DNA of 64,000 nucleotides from positions 10,412-74,411 of the forward strand of contig VXWI01000054.1 in NCBI GenBank assembly GCA_009835985.1. The letters run 5' to 3'. Below are positions 24,143 to 33,524 of the stretch, piece by piece (the stretch's first letter is position 1; every line of letters begins with the position of its first letter). The notes beneath the pieces were generated by a model. The model made no database searches. It was given only the letters and a program-made list of their open reading frames with translations, and was not told the origin of the DNA. Source of the stretch: Acidobacteriota bacterium. Lineage in GTDB: Bacteria; Acidobacteriota; Vicinamibacteria; Marinacidobacterales; Marinacidobacteraceae. Position numbers and translations under genes: made by a program.

Positions 24143-25345
24143 CTAGAGGAGCGACCGCAGCGCGCGCAGGAAACGCTCGACGTCGTCCCGGGTGTGGTAG
24201 TGCCCGAGCGACGCTCTCACGACCCCGGCTTCCGGATCGTGGCCGAGGCTCTCCAGCGTCGACGCGCACCCCAGATCGCCGGCGCCGACCTGCACCCCCT
24301 CGGCCTCCAATGCGGCGCCGAGCGCCGGCGCGCCTTCGCCCTCGCACGTGAAGGTGAACGTCGGAATCCGGTACGCCGCCCGCCGGGGGTCGTCCTCCCC
24401 GAGGACCGAGACGCCCTTGATGCGTGCGAGCCCCCGGAGCATCCAGCGGGAGAGGATCCGTTCCTCCTGGCGGATGCCCTGCATGCCCTTGCGCATCGGT
24501 TCCCGGCGTCCGAAACGCTCGGAGGGAGGCGCCACCGGAGCATTCGGCGCCTCACCGAGCCGTTCGGCGTAGGAAACCGCCCGGGCGAGCCCGGCGAGGA
24601 CGTTCGGAGAAACGGTCCCGTTCGGCGAGGCCGCGGGACCGAGCCTGCGGGCCCAGAGGGTGGCGCCACGGGCGCCGAAGAGTTCCGCCGCGTCCGCGAT
24701 GACGGCGTCGCAACGCAGATTGCGGATGTCGAGCGAGCCGTGCGCCATGAAGTGGCTTGCGTCGGTGGCGAGCACCGCGTCCGTCCCTTCGAGAAGCTGT
24801 GCAACCGGGATGATCTCGTTCAGGGAGCCCGTCACCGGACACGCCTTGGTCAGCATCACGAGGCGGGTCCGCTCGTTGACCAGCGCTTCGAGGTCCCGGA
24901 GCAGCACCCTGCCCAGCCGGCGCGGCCGCCAGTCGGATATCTCGACCCCCTCCGGGAGAGCGGCCTTCCACGCGGCCCGCCGGTCGTCGGGCTCCGAGGC
25001 GCAGAGGACGATGCGATCCCCCTCGCGAAATCCAAGCGGAAGGATCAGGCGGCGCACCAGGTCCGGGTAGCTCTCGCCGACCGCGATCTGATCGTCCGCC
25101 CACTCGGCATTTGAATTCCAGAACCACGCCAGGTCCGCCCGCAGGTTGGCCTCCGCCGACGCATCGGCCCCCACAGGCCGTGGCCGCAGGGTGCGGGGAG
25201 ACCCCACACTGTCGAAATCAAGCAGGCGGGCCGCCGGTGGATTGAAGGACTCGGTGACGAGCGAAAGCGGGAGATCCATGAGTGGCAGGGGCCTCCGGGC
25301 CGGAGCGAACGCCCACCCCCGATTAGGATAAAGGCCGGGAGCCAT
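24143..25345 (-). CDS. Class V aminotransferase / cysteine desulfurase-like PLP enzyme
   Basis: Fold-type I PLP architecture, C-terminal region GVVRASLGHYHTRDDVERFLRAL. Start may instead be the internal Met at ~25282. Confidence 0.65.
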   Translation of the reverse strand: MAPGLYPNRGWAFAPARRPLPLMDLPLSLVTESFNPPAARLLDFDSVGSPRTLRPRPVGADASAEANLRADLAWFWNSNAEWADDQIAVGESYPDLVRRLILPLGFREGDRIVLCASEPDDRRAAWKAALPEGVEISDWRPRRLGRVLLRDLEALVNERTRLVMLTKACPVTGSLNEIIPVAQLLEGTDAVLATDASHFMAHGSLDIRNLRCDAVIADAAELFGARGATLWARRLGPAASPNGTVSPNVLAGLARAVSYAERLGEAPNAPVAPPSERFGRREPMRKGMQGIRQEERILSRWMLRGLARIKGVSVLGEDDPRRAAYRIPTFTFTCEGEGAPALGAALEAEGVQVGAGDLGCASTLESLGHDPEAGVVRASLGHYHTRDDVERFLRALRSLL

Positions 25346-25347
25346 CT

Positions 25348-26292
25348 ATGGACGATTCGATGTCGCTGATCCCGAAGTTTCCGGGCGAGGATCCACTGTT
25401 TTCGGTGCGGACCGACAGCCGCGGCATCGTCGTCGTCACGGGGAACGACCGGATCGCGTTCCTCACGCGCATCATGTCCGGCGAGCTGCCCGCCGCTCCC
25501 GGCGCCGCCAGGACCGCCCTTCTCGGGCCGAGGGGCAACCTGGTTGCCACCGCGATCGCGACCGTCACGAGTGAGGCGGTCCTGCTCGAATGCGACCGGG
25601 CTCGCGACGAAGCGCTCGCTACGGCGCTGGACCGGTACCGGATCGCGGACGACGTTGAAATCGCTCTTGCGGAGCGCGGCGACTTCGAGATTGTCGGCAC
25701 GGACGCCGCTCCAACGCCGGGACGACCGGATACCGGGCCCCAGGGGTGCGTCGTGGAAACGGGGGCCGGATACGTGCGCCGGGATTTCCGGCCGTGGACG
25801 GCGAAGACCATGGTCCACGTCGGCCTCGGGACCGGCGGCCGCGAGTCGTTCCGGGACCTCATCGAGGGCGGCGGGGAGTCCGTGGAAGCATCCCCTGCGG
25901 AACAGGAGTACCTCCGCGTCCTCGCGGGCGAGCCGCGGTGGGGCGCCGAGCTCGACGAGCGGTCCCTGCCCCTCCAGAGCGGGTTGTCCGCGCACGTCCG
26001 CCTCGGCAGGGGCTGCTACATCGGACAGGAGTACGTGGCGCGGCAGGCGCACCGGGGCCGGATCCCCCGTCTCCTGCGCCGGCTGGAGTTCGACGAGGAG
26101 TTCGCGCCGCAGGTCGAATCGGTCGTCCTCTTTCAGGCCGGGCCCGCCGGCCGGGTCACGAGCGCCGCCCCCCGCCCGGACGGCTGGGACGGGCCGGCCG
26201 GCCTCGCCCTCGCCGTGGTCTCGGCCGACGTGCCGGCCGGCGCCTCGGTTCAGGTCCTTCACGGTCCGACCGCCCGTCTCGTCGAAATCTGA
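25348..26292 (+). CDS. ygfZ: YgfZ/GcvT-like folate-binding protein
   Basis: Conserved KGCYxGQE-type motif (RGCYIGQEYVARQ) near the C-terminus. Aminomethyltransferase fold. Confidence 0.65.
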   Translation: MDDSMSLIPKFPGEDPLFSVRTDSRGIVVVTGNDRIAFLTRIMSGELPAAPGAARTALLGPRGNLVATAIATVTSEAVLLECDRARDEALATALDRYRIADDVEIALAERGDFEIVGTDAAPTPGRPDTGPQGCVVETGAGYVRRDFRPWTAKTMVHVGLGTGGRESFRDLIEGGGESVEASPAEQEYLRVLAGEPRWGAELDERSLPLQSGLSAHVRLGRGCYIGQEYVARQAHRGRIPRLLRRLEFDEEFAPQVESVVLFQAGPAGRVTSAAPRPDGWDGPAGLALAVVSADVPAGASVQVLHGPTARLVEI

Positions 26293-26413
26293 ACGAACGG
26301 ACCGCGAGAACGCACCGGAGCGCCGGCCTCCGACTCTCGACCGAACGGCAGGGCGTTGTCCCCCACACGGTCGCGTTTGATCCGGTCCGGGATCTGCACC
26401 ACAATGGTGCATC

Positions 26414-26635
26414 ATGGTGCAAGCGGACCACGATCGCCCCCGGCGAAGCGCCGTCCGCCGGGTGTCCGTTTCCTTCGACGCCGGGGACTACGAGGAACTC
26501 CGGAGGATCGCGGCCGAAAAGCGGGTGTCGCTCGCCTGGGTGGTCCGGGATGCGGTCGCCGCCTACATCTTCCGCCGGGGGCCCCTCTTCCGGCAGCCGC
26601 CGCATTCCCGATCCGGGCGGAGGACTCCGGAATGA
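26414..26635 (+). CDS. CopG/ParD-like ribbon-helix-helix protein, orphan
   Basis: RVSVSFDAGDYEELRRIAAEKRVSLAWVVRDAVAAYI is a canonical RHH strand-helix-helix. No adjacent toxin. Confidence 0.5.
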   Translation: MVQADHDRPRRSAVRRVSVSFDAGDYEELRRIAAEKRVSLAWVVRDAVAAYIFRRGPLFRQPPHSRSGRRTPE

Positions 26636-26711
26636 GGCCCTCCGCTCTCGCCCGACTCCAGGGCGCCGGGGGTGTCAGGTTCTGGCGTATGCGCCTTCGA
26701 GAATGCGCCCC

Positions 26712-27917
26712 ATGACCTTCTCCACCCTCCTCTTCTCCTTGTTCGTACTGGCCCTCGGCGTCGCTGCCTACGTCGCGGGCCTCAGGCGCGGGGAGACCGC
26801 CGGGCGGCGGCAGACCCAGTCAGATCTCAAGGACATCGCCCGCGCCGCGGCCGCCGAGAGCAACCAGCAGGCCCGGGAGGCCTACGAACACGCCACCGGA
26901 CATGCCGTCGAACGCCTGCAGGCGGCAGCACGCTCGGACCGCGAGCTCGGGCAGGCAAAGTTCGACGAGACCGCGGGACCGCTGCGCGAATCGCTCGCCA
27001 AGGTCGAGGGTCTCGCGCGGGAGCTGGAGCAAAAGCGCGCCAGGGACCATGGCGCCCTCGAAGAGGTGGCCAAGAACCTCTCCGAGCACGTGCAGAGCGT
27101 GCTGGGCAGCAGCCGCTCGCTCCGCGAGGCGCTGAAGGGTGATCGCCAGGCCCGCGGCCGGTGGGGGGAGATCCAGCTTCAGACGCTGATCGAGTCGGTG
27201 GGGCTCACCGCTCATTCCGACTTCCGGACCCAGACCGGAACGAACGGCGCTCGGCCGGATCTGTTGCTCCAGCTACCCGGAGGGGCGGTGCTCCCGGTGG
27301 ACTCCAAGGTGCCGATGGACGACTACCTGACCGCCACGGACATTGATTCGCCGGAACTCCAGGACGCCGCCTTCGCCAAACACGCCAGGCGCGTGAAATC
27401 GCATGCCGACGCGCTCGGCAAGCGCGACTATCCTGCGAAGCTCGGCGACGGCCCGCCGTTCACGGTGATGTTCCTGCCGATCGAGTCCCTGCTGGCGGAA
27501 GCCATCCGCCACGAACCCGATCTGCTCCAGTTCGCCGCCGACCGGAAGGTGGTTCTCGCCACGCCGCATACCCTCCTCGGCCTGCTCTGGAGCGTCGCCG
27601 CGATGTGGCGGAACGAGACCAGCACCCGGAACGCGGAGCAGATGAAGAAGGCCGGTCTCGAACTCGAAAAGCGTCTCGAGATCTTCCTGGGCCACTTCGC
27701 CGACGTGGGGAGTCAGCTCGCCAGGACGAACGCGGTCTACAACGCCGCCGCCGCGTCGGCCGAGTCGCGTCTCACGCCGCACCTGCGGAAACTCCGCGAA
27801 CTGGGCGGCCAGCCGGAGGAGACGGGAGAGGACAGGCTGCCGAAACCCGTCGAGATGGCGCCGCGCCGGCTCTTCGGCGACGACGTGGACGTGGTCGCCG
27901 AGCGGGAACTGCTCTAG
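26712..27917 (+). CDS. rmuC: DNA recombination protein RmuC
   Basis: N-terminal TM helix, long coiled coil, then RGRWGEIQLQTLIE...LPVDSKVP...VMFLPIE nuclease-like core typical of RmuC. Confidence 0.8.
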   Translation: MTFSTLLFSLFVLALGVAAYVAGLRRGETAGRRQTQSDLKDIARAAAAESNQQAREAYEHATGHAVERLQAAARSDRELGQAKFDETAGPLRESLAKVEGLARELEQKRARDHGALEEVAKNLSEHVQSVLGSSRSLREALKGDRQARGRWGEIQLQTLIESVGLTAHSDFRTQTGTNGARPDLLLQLPGGAVLPVDSKVPMDDYLTATDIDSPELQDAAFAKHARRVKSHADALGKRDYPAKLGDGPPFTVMFLPIESLLAEAIRHEPDLLQFAADRKVVLATPHTLLGLLWSVAAMWRNETSTRNAEQMKKAGLELEKRLEIFLGHFADVGSQLARTNAVYNAAAASAESRLTPHLRKLRELGGQPEETGEDRLPKPVEMAPRRLFGDDVDVVAERELL

Positions 27918-28029
27918 AGGACGAACCGCCGGGCAGTTCTGTCTCGCGGCTCCGGGGCCGGCGTTGCGGCCAGGGAGACTGCCGGCAGGGGAGACACGTT
28001 TTGGCGTATCCGGCCGCGATGATGTCCCC

Positions 28030-28158
28030 ATGACGATCCTCGCGCTTCTTCTCGCGGCCCTGACGGCAGTCCTGGTCCCGGGCGGTCTCTACCTGGCCAC
28101 CGTGGAATCGCCGGGTTCGACTCCGGCCGGTCGAAACCGCGGAACCCGCGCTCGCTAG
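28030..28158 (+). CDS. Possible small hydrophobic peptide (42 aa, single TM helix)
   Basis: ATG ORF MTILALLLAALTAVLVPGGLYLATVESPGSTPAGRNRGTRAR in an otherwise unassigned 360-bp gap. No RBS evident. Speculative. Confidence 0.2.
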   Translation: MTILALLLAALTAVLVPGGLYLATVESPGSTPAGRNRGTRAR

Positions 28159-28274
28159 GCCGGCAATCCGAGCCGGAACGGCGCCGCCCCCTACGCCTCA
28201 CGGTCGGTCGCGGACACGATGGGCTACGCGCCCGGTTTTCGAGCACGATCCGTCTCGCATTCCTACGGCGACCC

Positions 28275-30893
28275 TCACCAGGGATCCGGAGTGAGCCCGG
28301 GAAGCACCACCGCGGGCCGGGTCGATTTGAAGAAGATGAGCACGTCGTACCAGCGGGCCAGTGGGGTCGAACGCCAGTAGTTCCCCGGGGCATCAGGGTC
28401 GTAGTGCGTGTGGATGTAGCGGAACGGGCGCGTATCGCCGAGCCAGGAACTGCCCGGCGAGGCCGGATCCCAGGACCGCAGGTCGAGGACCAGCCGGGAA
28501 GCGGAAGCATCCGCCAGGTAGTACTCGAACGAGTGTGGCGCCGGAGGACTCAACTCGTGCACCATTTGAGCGAGAAACTCCGATCCCCGGCGCGCGTGGG
28601 CAGTGAACTGCCCGCTCTCGTGGCCGAAGGCGACGCTCAGCAGTTCGTCCCCGAACATCTCGTGCAGGTGAAACCCCGCGGCGACCGGGTCCCGTGCGAA
28701 ATGGAAATTGTGGGCCCAGAGGACGAGCCCGCCACCCGCCGCGACACGTCCGTTGATCCAGGCGATGTTCTCGGCCATGGACTCCGAGCGGGACTGCTCG
28801 CGGTCAATCATCAGGTGGTACTGAACCGCCACGCGCAGGCTCTGGAGCGCCACCGCGAAGGCATCCTCATCGGATGCCGATTCGTATTCGTCCCGGTTCG
28901 CCACCAGATGTTCCCGCACCGCCCCGAGCGAAGCACCGCAGGTGGACCGGTAGATCTCGGTCTGATCGCCGTAGCGTGAACTCGGGAAACGGCCGGTGTG
29001 GTCGTTGGCGAAGGTCTCGAGACAGTTGAGGTCCGCCTCCAGGGACGCCGCGCGTTCGGGATCCATCGAATGCAGGTACTCGCGGACGTTCTTGAGCGCC
29101 AATCCCGGGTACTGCATGTCGAACCCATGGAATTCCAGACTTCCGCCCTCCTCGTTGTAGGCCCGCATCCACTCGATGAGTTCGAGCATGGACTCGGATC
29201 GCCACACCCAGAAATACATCCCGGACAACAGCTTGTGGGGATCTCCCTCACCGGTTTGCAGGTAGCGGTTCAGGAGGCGGGTCTCCGGCCAGGTGGCCTC
29301 CAGCGCGAACGTGTCGAAACCTCGCTCTTCCACGAGGAAACGAAAGACCCGGGCCTTCATCTGGTGGAAGTCACGGGTGCCGTAGGTGTTCTCCCCGAGT
29401 GCCACGATGCGGGCATCCCCAACCACATCCGAGATGCCGGCGAGATCGCGGCTGGGGAGGGAGAAGTGAGTGCCGTCGAAGGGAACGGCGTTGGTTTCGA
29501 TCCACTCCCGGGCGGCCGCCGGATCGGGGACCGGTTTCGGGGTCGGCACTACCGTCGGAAGCACCGCGGTCGCGCGGGTGGACTCAAAGTGGATGATCAC
29601 GTCGTACCACTCCCGGAGCGGGGCGTCGTGCCAGTAGTCACCGGGTTGGTCGGGGTCGTAGACGGCGCCGATACTCCGGAACGGCCGGGTTTCGGTGAGC
29701 CACTCGTTGCCCGGCGAGATCGCGCCCAGGTCCCGGAGATCCAGCAGGAACCGCGGCGCAGAGGCCCTTTCGAAATAGCTCTCGAAGGAGCCCTCGACCG
29801 GTTCGTCGAGTTCGTGCGCGGCGAGTCCCCGGTACTGCCCGCCACTCCGGGTCACCGCGGTGAAGCCGCCGCGGGCGTGGCTGAACCCGACCACGACCAT
29901 GTCGTCCCCGAAGGCCTGCCGCATGAAATGACCCTGTGCGCCCTCCTGCGTGGAGACGTGGTAGTTGTGGGCCCAGAGGACCATCCGGCCGTCCGGCCCG
30001 ATCCGGTCGCTGATCCAACCGACGTTTTCCGCCATGGACTCGTCGCGGCGCTGCTCGCGGGTTATGTGGAGGTGGTACTGAACCGCGACCCGCAGGCTCT
30101 GGAGAGCGACCTCGAAGGCCTCCGTGCCCGAGGCGGCTTCATACTGCGGCCGGTTCAGGAACAGGATAAAGCGCACCTGCTCGAGCGAAGCGGCGCAGTC
30201 TCTCTGGTAGGCGAGGGACTGGTTGGCATAGCGCCGAGTCGGGAAACGCCCCCGTTCGTCGTTGGCAAAGACGTCGAGACAGTGAATCCGTTCGTTGACG
30301 GTCCCGATCCGATCGGGGTCCACCTCGCGGAAATAGGCGCGAACGTTCTCGAGCGCGAGGCCGGGATACTGCATGTCGAAACCGTGGAACCCGACGTCGC
30401 CGCCCGCCTCGTTGTGGGCGCGCATCCACTCGATCATCTCGAGCACCGACTCGGTGCGCCAGGTCCAGAAGAAGAGACCCTGGAGCAGTTCCCTGGCGTC
30501 ACCCTCGCCGGTACGGACGTAGTGGTCCAGGAGACGCGCCTCCGGCCAGGTGGCTTCGATGCCGAAGGTGTTGAACCCCATCTCCTCCACCAGGAAGCGC
30601 AGCACGCGGGCTTTCATCTCGAAGAAGTCGCGAGCTCCGTGGGTGTTCTCACCCAGGGAAACGATGCGGGCGTCGCCCACCAGCTCCCTCACGAACTCCA
30701 GATCGTGGTGGGGAAGCGAGAGGTGGGGCCCCTCGAACGGCCTGCCGTTTACGTCGAGCCAATCCCGCACCGGGTCCCCCGAGGGTGCGGCACGCGGAAC
30801 TGTGGGCGGCGGCGCCACCGACTGCTGGCAGCTCCCGGCCAGGAGCGAGACACCCAGCAGGCAAACCCAGCGGCAACCCGAGAATTTGCTCAT
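28275..30893 (-). CDS. Lipoprotein with two tandem erythromycin-esterase-family (EreA/EreB-like) domains
   Basis: Two ~430-aa halves, each carrying ARIV(S/A)LGENT(H/Y)G(A/T)RDF, LEATWPE, FHGFDMQYPGLAL and W(A)HN(Y/F)H. N-terminal lipobox LLAGSC. Confidence 0.75.
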   Translation of the reverse strand: MSKFSGCRWVCLLGVSLLAGSCQQSVAPPPTVPRAAPSGDPVRDWLDVNGRPFEGPHLSLPHHDLEFVRELVGDARIVSLGENTHGARDFFEMKARVLRFLVEEMGFNTFGIEATWPEARLLDHYVRTGEGDARELLQGLFFWTWRTESVLEMIEWMRAHNEAGGDVGFHGFDMQYPGLALENVRAYFREVDPDRIGTVNERIHCLDVFANDERGRFPTRRYANQSLAYQRDCAASLEQVRFILFLNRPQYEAASGTEAFEVALQSLRVAVQYHLHITREQRRDESMAENVGWISDRIGPDGRMVLWAHNYHVSTQEGAQGHFMRQAFGDDMVVVGFSHARGGFTAVTRSGGQYRGLAAHELDEPVEGSFESYFERASAPRFLLDLRDLGAISPGNEWLTETRPFRSIGAVYDPDQPGDYWHDAPLREWYDVIIHFESTRATAVLPTVVPTPKPVPDPAAAREWIETNAVPFDGTHFSLPSRDLAGISDVVGDARIVALGENTYGTRDFHQMKARVFRFLVEERGFDTFALEATWPETRLLNRYLQTGEGDPHKLLSGMYFWVWRSESMLELIEWMRAYNEEGGSLEFHGFDMQYPGLALKNVREYLHSMDPERAASLEADLNCLETFANDHTGRFPSSRYGDQTEIYRSTCGASLGAVREHLVANRDEYESASDEDAFAVALQSLRVAVQYHLMIDREQSRSESMAENIAWINGRVAAGGGLVLWAHNFHFARDPVAAGFHLHEMFGDELLSVAFGHESGQFTAHARRGSEFLAQMVHELSPPAPHSFEYYLADASASRLVLDLRSWDPASPGSSWLGDTRPFRYIHTHYDPDAPGNYWRSTPLARWYDVLIFFKSTRPAVVLPGLTPDPW

Positions 30894-31147
30894 CGTCGAA
30901 CACCTCCAACGAAGGCTCCGCGGAGTCTGGGTAAGGATTGCCCCGGCGTGGCGCGGCTACGGAACCAACGTCCGCCGGCAAATGCCCCGGAAAACTCCAC
31001 CGTCCGGGAAGAGACCAAGCAAGCGGGAGGCCACGGGGCGCCAATCGCTCCGCCGGACTGCCGGCCCATCCCGGAGTCGACCGGTTCCGAACGCGCCAGT
31101 GACCGCTCTCCGACCGGACGCGATAGCCTCTCACCCGGGAGGCGCCC

Positions 31148-32011
31148 ATGAGACGCATCGCACTTCTCGCCCTGGCGGCGCTGCTCGCGCCGGCAACCGC
31201 ACTCGCCACCTGGTCGGTGATCGCGGTGGACCGCAACTCCGGCCAGGTCATCGTCGCCTCGGCTACCTGCGTCCGGCAGTCGCGGTTTCCGTCCCGGCCC
31301 GCCCGGGACCTGATGGACATCCAGGCCGTGATCGTGCCCGGCGTGGGCGTCGCCGCCTGTCAGGCCGGCGTGGACAACACCCGCGCCAACCAGATGCTCG
31401 TCTACGAGGAAATCCGGAAGGGGACCGACCCGGAGCGGATCATCGAGCTCCTTCGCGAGCAGGAGAACCTCAAGGACGAACCGCAGATGGAACGGCGGCA
31501 GTTCGGCATCCTGGATCTCCAGGGCCGGAGCGCCGGTTTCAACGGGAGCGGCAACAGCGCGGCATCGCTCTACGTGGCGGGCCAGGTCGGTGACGACATC
31601 TTCGTCCAGGTCCAAGGCAACATCCTCTTCGACGACGACGTGGCGGAGGATGCCGTGCTGGCCTTCATGAGGGCGAAGGGCACCCTGGCCGACCGGGTGA
31701 TGGCCGCCATGGAAGGCGCGGACCGCGCCGGCGGCGACAAGCGGTGCACCTGCGAGGAGGAACCGAGGCCCGCCGCGCCCTGCGACGGCAAGACTTCGCA
31801 CGTCGCCTACATCGCCATCGCGAACCGGGACGACGCCCACGGGGCGTCGCACAATGACGGCGACTACTACGCGTACCTGGCTGTGAGCGATGAAGACATC
31901 CAGCCCCACGAGAACGCCAACCCGGTCATCACCCTCCGGCTCCGCTACGACGCCTGGAAGGATGCGGGCAGCAAGCGCACCGGGATGCCTCCGTCCCTGT
32001 TTCCCGAATGA
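31148..32011 (+). CDS. Secreted DUF1028-family (Ntn-hydrolase-like) protein
   Basis: Signal peptide followed by TWSVIAVD, analogous to the N-terminal TFSI(V)ARD of DUF1028 proteins (recall-based). Confidence 0.5.
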   Translation: MRRIALLALAALLAPATALATWSVIAVDRNSGQVIVASATCVRQSRFPSRPARDLMDIQAVIVPGVGVAACQAGVDNTRANQMLVYEEIRKGTDPERIIELLREQENLKDEPQMERRQFGILDLQGRSAGFNGSGNSAASLYVAGQVGDDIFVQVQGNILFDDDVAEDAVLAFMRAKGTLADRVMAAMEGADRAGGDKRCTCEEEPRPAAPCDGKTSHVAYIAIANRDDAHGASHNDGDYYAYLAVSDEDIQPHENANPVITLRLRYDAWKDAGSKRTGMPPSLFPE

Positions 32012-33468
32012 GATCGCTGCCGCTCGCGGCCCTCGCCGTTTTCGCCGTCCTCATCGCCGCGCCGATAGCGGGAGAGAAACAACCGTCCGGAGCCGACGCC
32101 TCCGCGAACTGGCCCCGCTTCCGGGGACCTCTCGCCAACCCCGTAGGCGCCCATCCGGACCTGCCGGTCACCTGGTCCAGGACCGAGAACGTGGAGTGGG
32201 CCGCCGCAGTCCCCGGGGTGGGCTGGTCGTCCCCGGTGGTCTGGGGGAACCGGGTCTTCCTGACCGCCGCCACCAGTCCCCAGGAAATGAAGGGACCGTC
32301 GCTCGGAACCGACTTCAGCAACAACTACATCGCCGAGCTGCGCGCCCAGGGCCTGCCCCCCGAGGAGGTCAACCGGCGCCTGTTCGCCCGCGACCGCGAA
32401 CTGCCCGAGGAGATCGTGATCGGCCTGCATGTCTACTGCCTCGACCTCGAGACGGGGGCCCTGCTCTGGGAGCGGGAGGTCTATCGCGGCCAGCCACTCG
32501 GGGGCCGGCACCGGAAGAACAGCTACGCCTCCGAAACGCCGGTGACCGACGGGACGAACGTCTACGCGTACTTCACGCATCACGGCCTGTTCGCTTTCGA
32601 CATGGAAGGAAACGCGGCGTGGGACACCCCGCTGGCAGCGCATCCGACCGTCCGTGACTTCGGCACCGGCGCGTCCCCGGCGCTCTCCGGAGACCGGCTC
32701 TATGTCCTGAACGACAACGAGGAGTCGGGTTTCCTCGCCGCCTTCGACAAGCGCAGCGGGGAGGAACTCTGGCGCACCCCGCGCGAGATCACCGAGCGGC
32801 GAAAGACGGGCTGGTCCACTCCCTTCGTCTGGGAGAACGAGGTACGCAGCGAGATCGTAACGATGGGCCCCGGCATCGTGATCAGCTATGACCTCGACGG
32901 GAATCCACTGTGGCGCATGCAGCGGATGGCGGGAAGCCCGATCCAGAGCCCGTTCGCGTGGGAAGGGCGTCTGTTCATCTCCGCCGGAGCCTCGGGCGGA
33001 CAGTACCGGCCGCTCGCCGCGATCCGTCCCGGAGGCTCGGGGGACATCACCCCGCCCGAAGGAACGAATTCGAACGAGCACGTCCTCTGGTACGACCGCC
33101 TCGCCGGCGGGACCTACCTGCCGACCCCGGTGATCTATGACGGAGCCCTGTATGTCCTGTATTCGCGCGGCATCTTCGCGCGCTACGACGCGGATACGGG
33201 CGAACGCGTCTATCGCTCCCGCATCGCGGAGGGCGCCGCCGCCTTTACCGCCTCGCCGTGGGCCTACGGGGGATACGTGTTCGCGCTCGGAGAAGAAGGC
33301 GACACCTTCGTGATCGAGGCCGGCGACGAGTACCGGCTCGCGGGCGTCAACGATCTGGGTGACTGGAGCCTGGCATCCCCGGCCATCGTGGGAGACCGCC
33401 TCCTGATCCGTACCCAGAACCACCTCTATTCCATCCGCCGGCAGGCGGCACCCGCGGAGCAGCCCTGA
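32008..33468 (+). CDS. Secreted PQQ-repeat beta-propeller protein
   Basis: Signal peptide. Repeated W-containing propeller blades (WSSPVVWGNRVFL, ALYVLYSRGIFARYDADTGERVY). Confidence 0.6.
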   Translation: MRSLPLAALAVFAVLIAAPIAGEKQPSGADASANWPRFRGPLANPVGAHPDLPVTWSRTENVEWAAAVPGVGWSSPVVWGNRVFLTAATSPQEMKGPSLGTDFSNNYIAELRAQGLPPEEVNRRLFARDRELPEEIVIGLHVYCLDLETGALLWEREVYRGQPLGGRHRKNSYASETPVTDGTNVYAYFTHHGLFAFDMEGNAAWDTPLAAHPTVRDFGTGASPALSGDRLYVLNDNEESGFLAAFDKRSGEELWRTPREITERRKTGWSTPFVWENEVRSEIVTMGPGIVISYDLDGNPLWRMQRMAGSPIQSPFAWEGRLFISAGASGGQYRPLAAIRPGGSGDITPPEGTNSNEHVLWYDRLAGGTYLPTPVIYDGALYVLYSRGIFARYDADTGERVYRSRIAEGAAAFTASPWAYGGYVFALGEEGDTFVIEAGDEYRLAGVNDLGDWSLASPAIVGDRLLIRTQNHLYSIRRQAAPAEQP

Positions 33469-33524
33469 CGGCCGGGACCTCGTGGTTACGGCGCGGTCTC
33501 AGCGCCGCGCTCCTCTGCCTCGGG

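Noticed and set aside
28100-28140. tRNA-like T-arm (gccgg-gttcgact-ccggc) suggesting a tRNA or tmRNA gene
   Set aside because: The loop is 8 nt rather than 7. No complementary acceptor 5' strand, D-arm or anticodon arm could be laid out upstream on either strand. No tag-peptide ORF ending in ALAA. At most a tRNA 3' remnant or plain hairpin.
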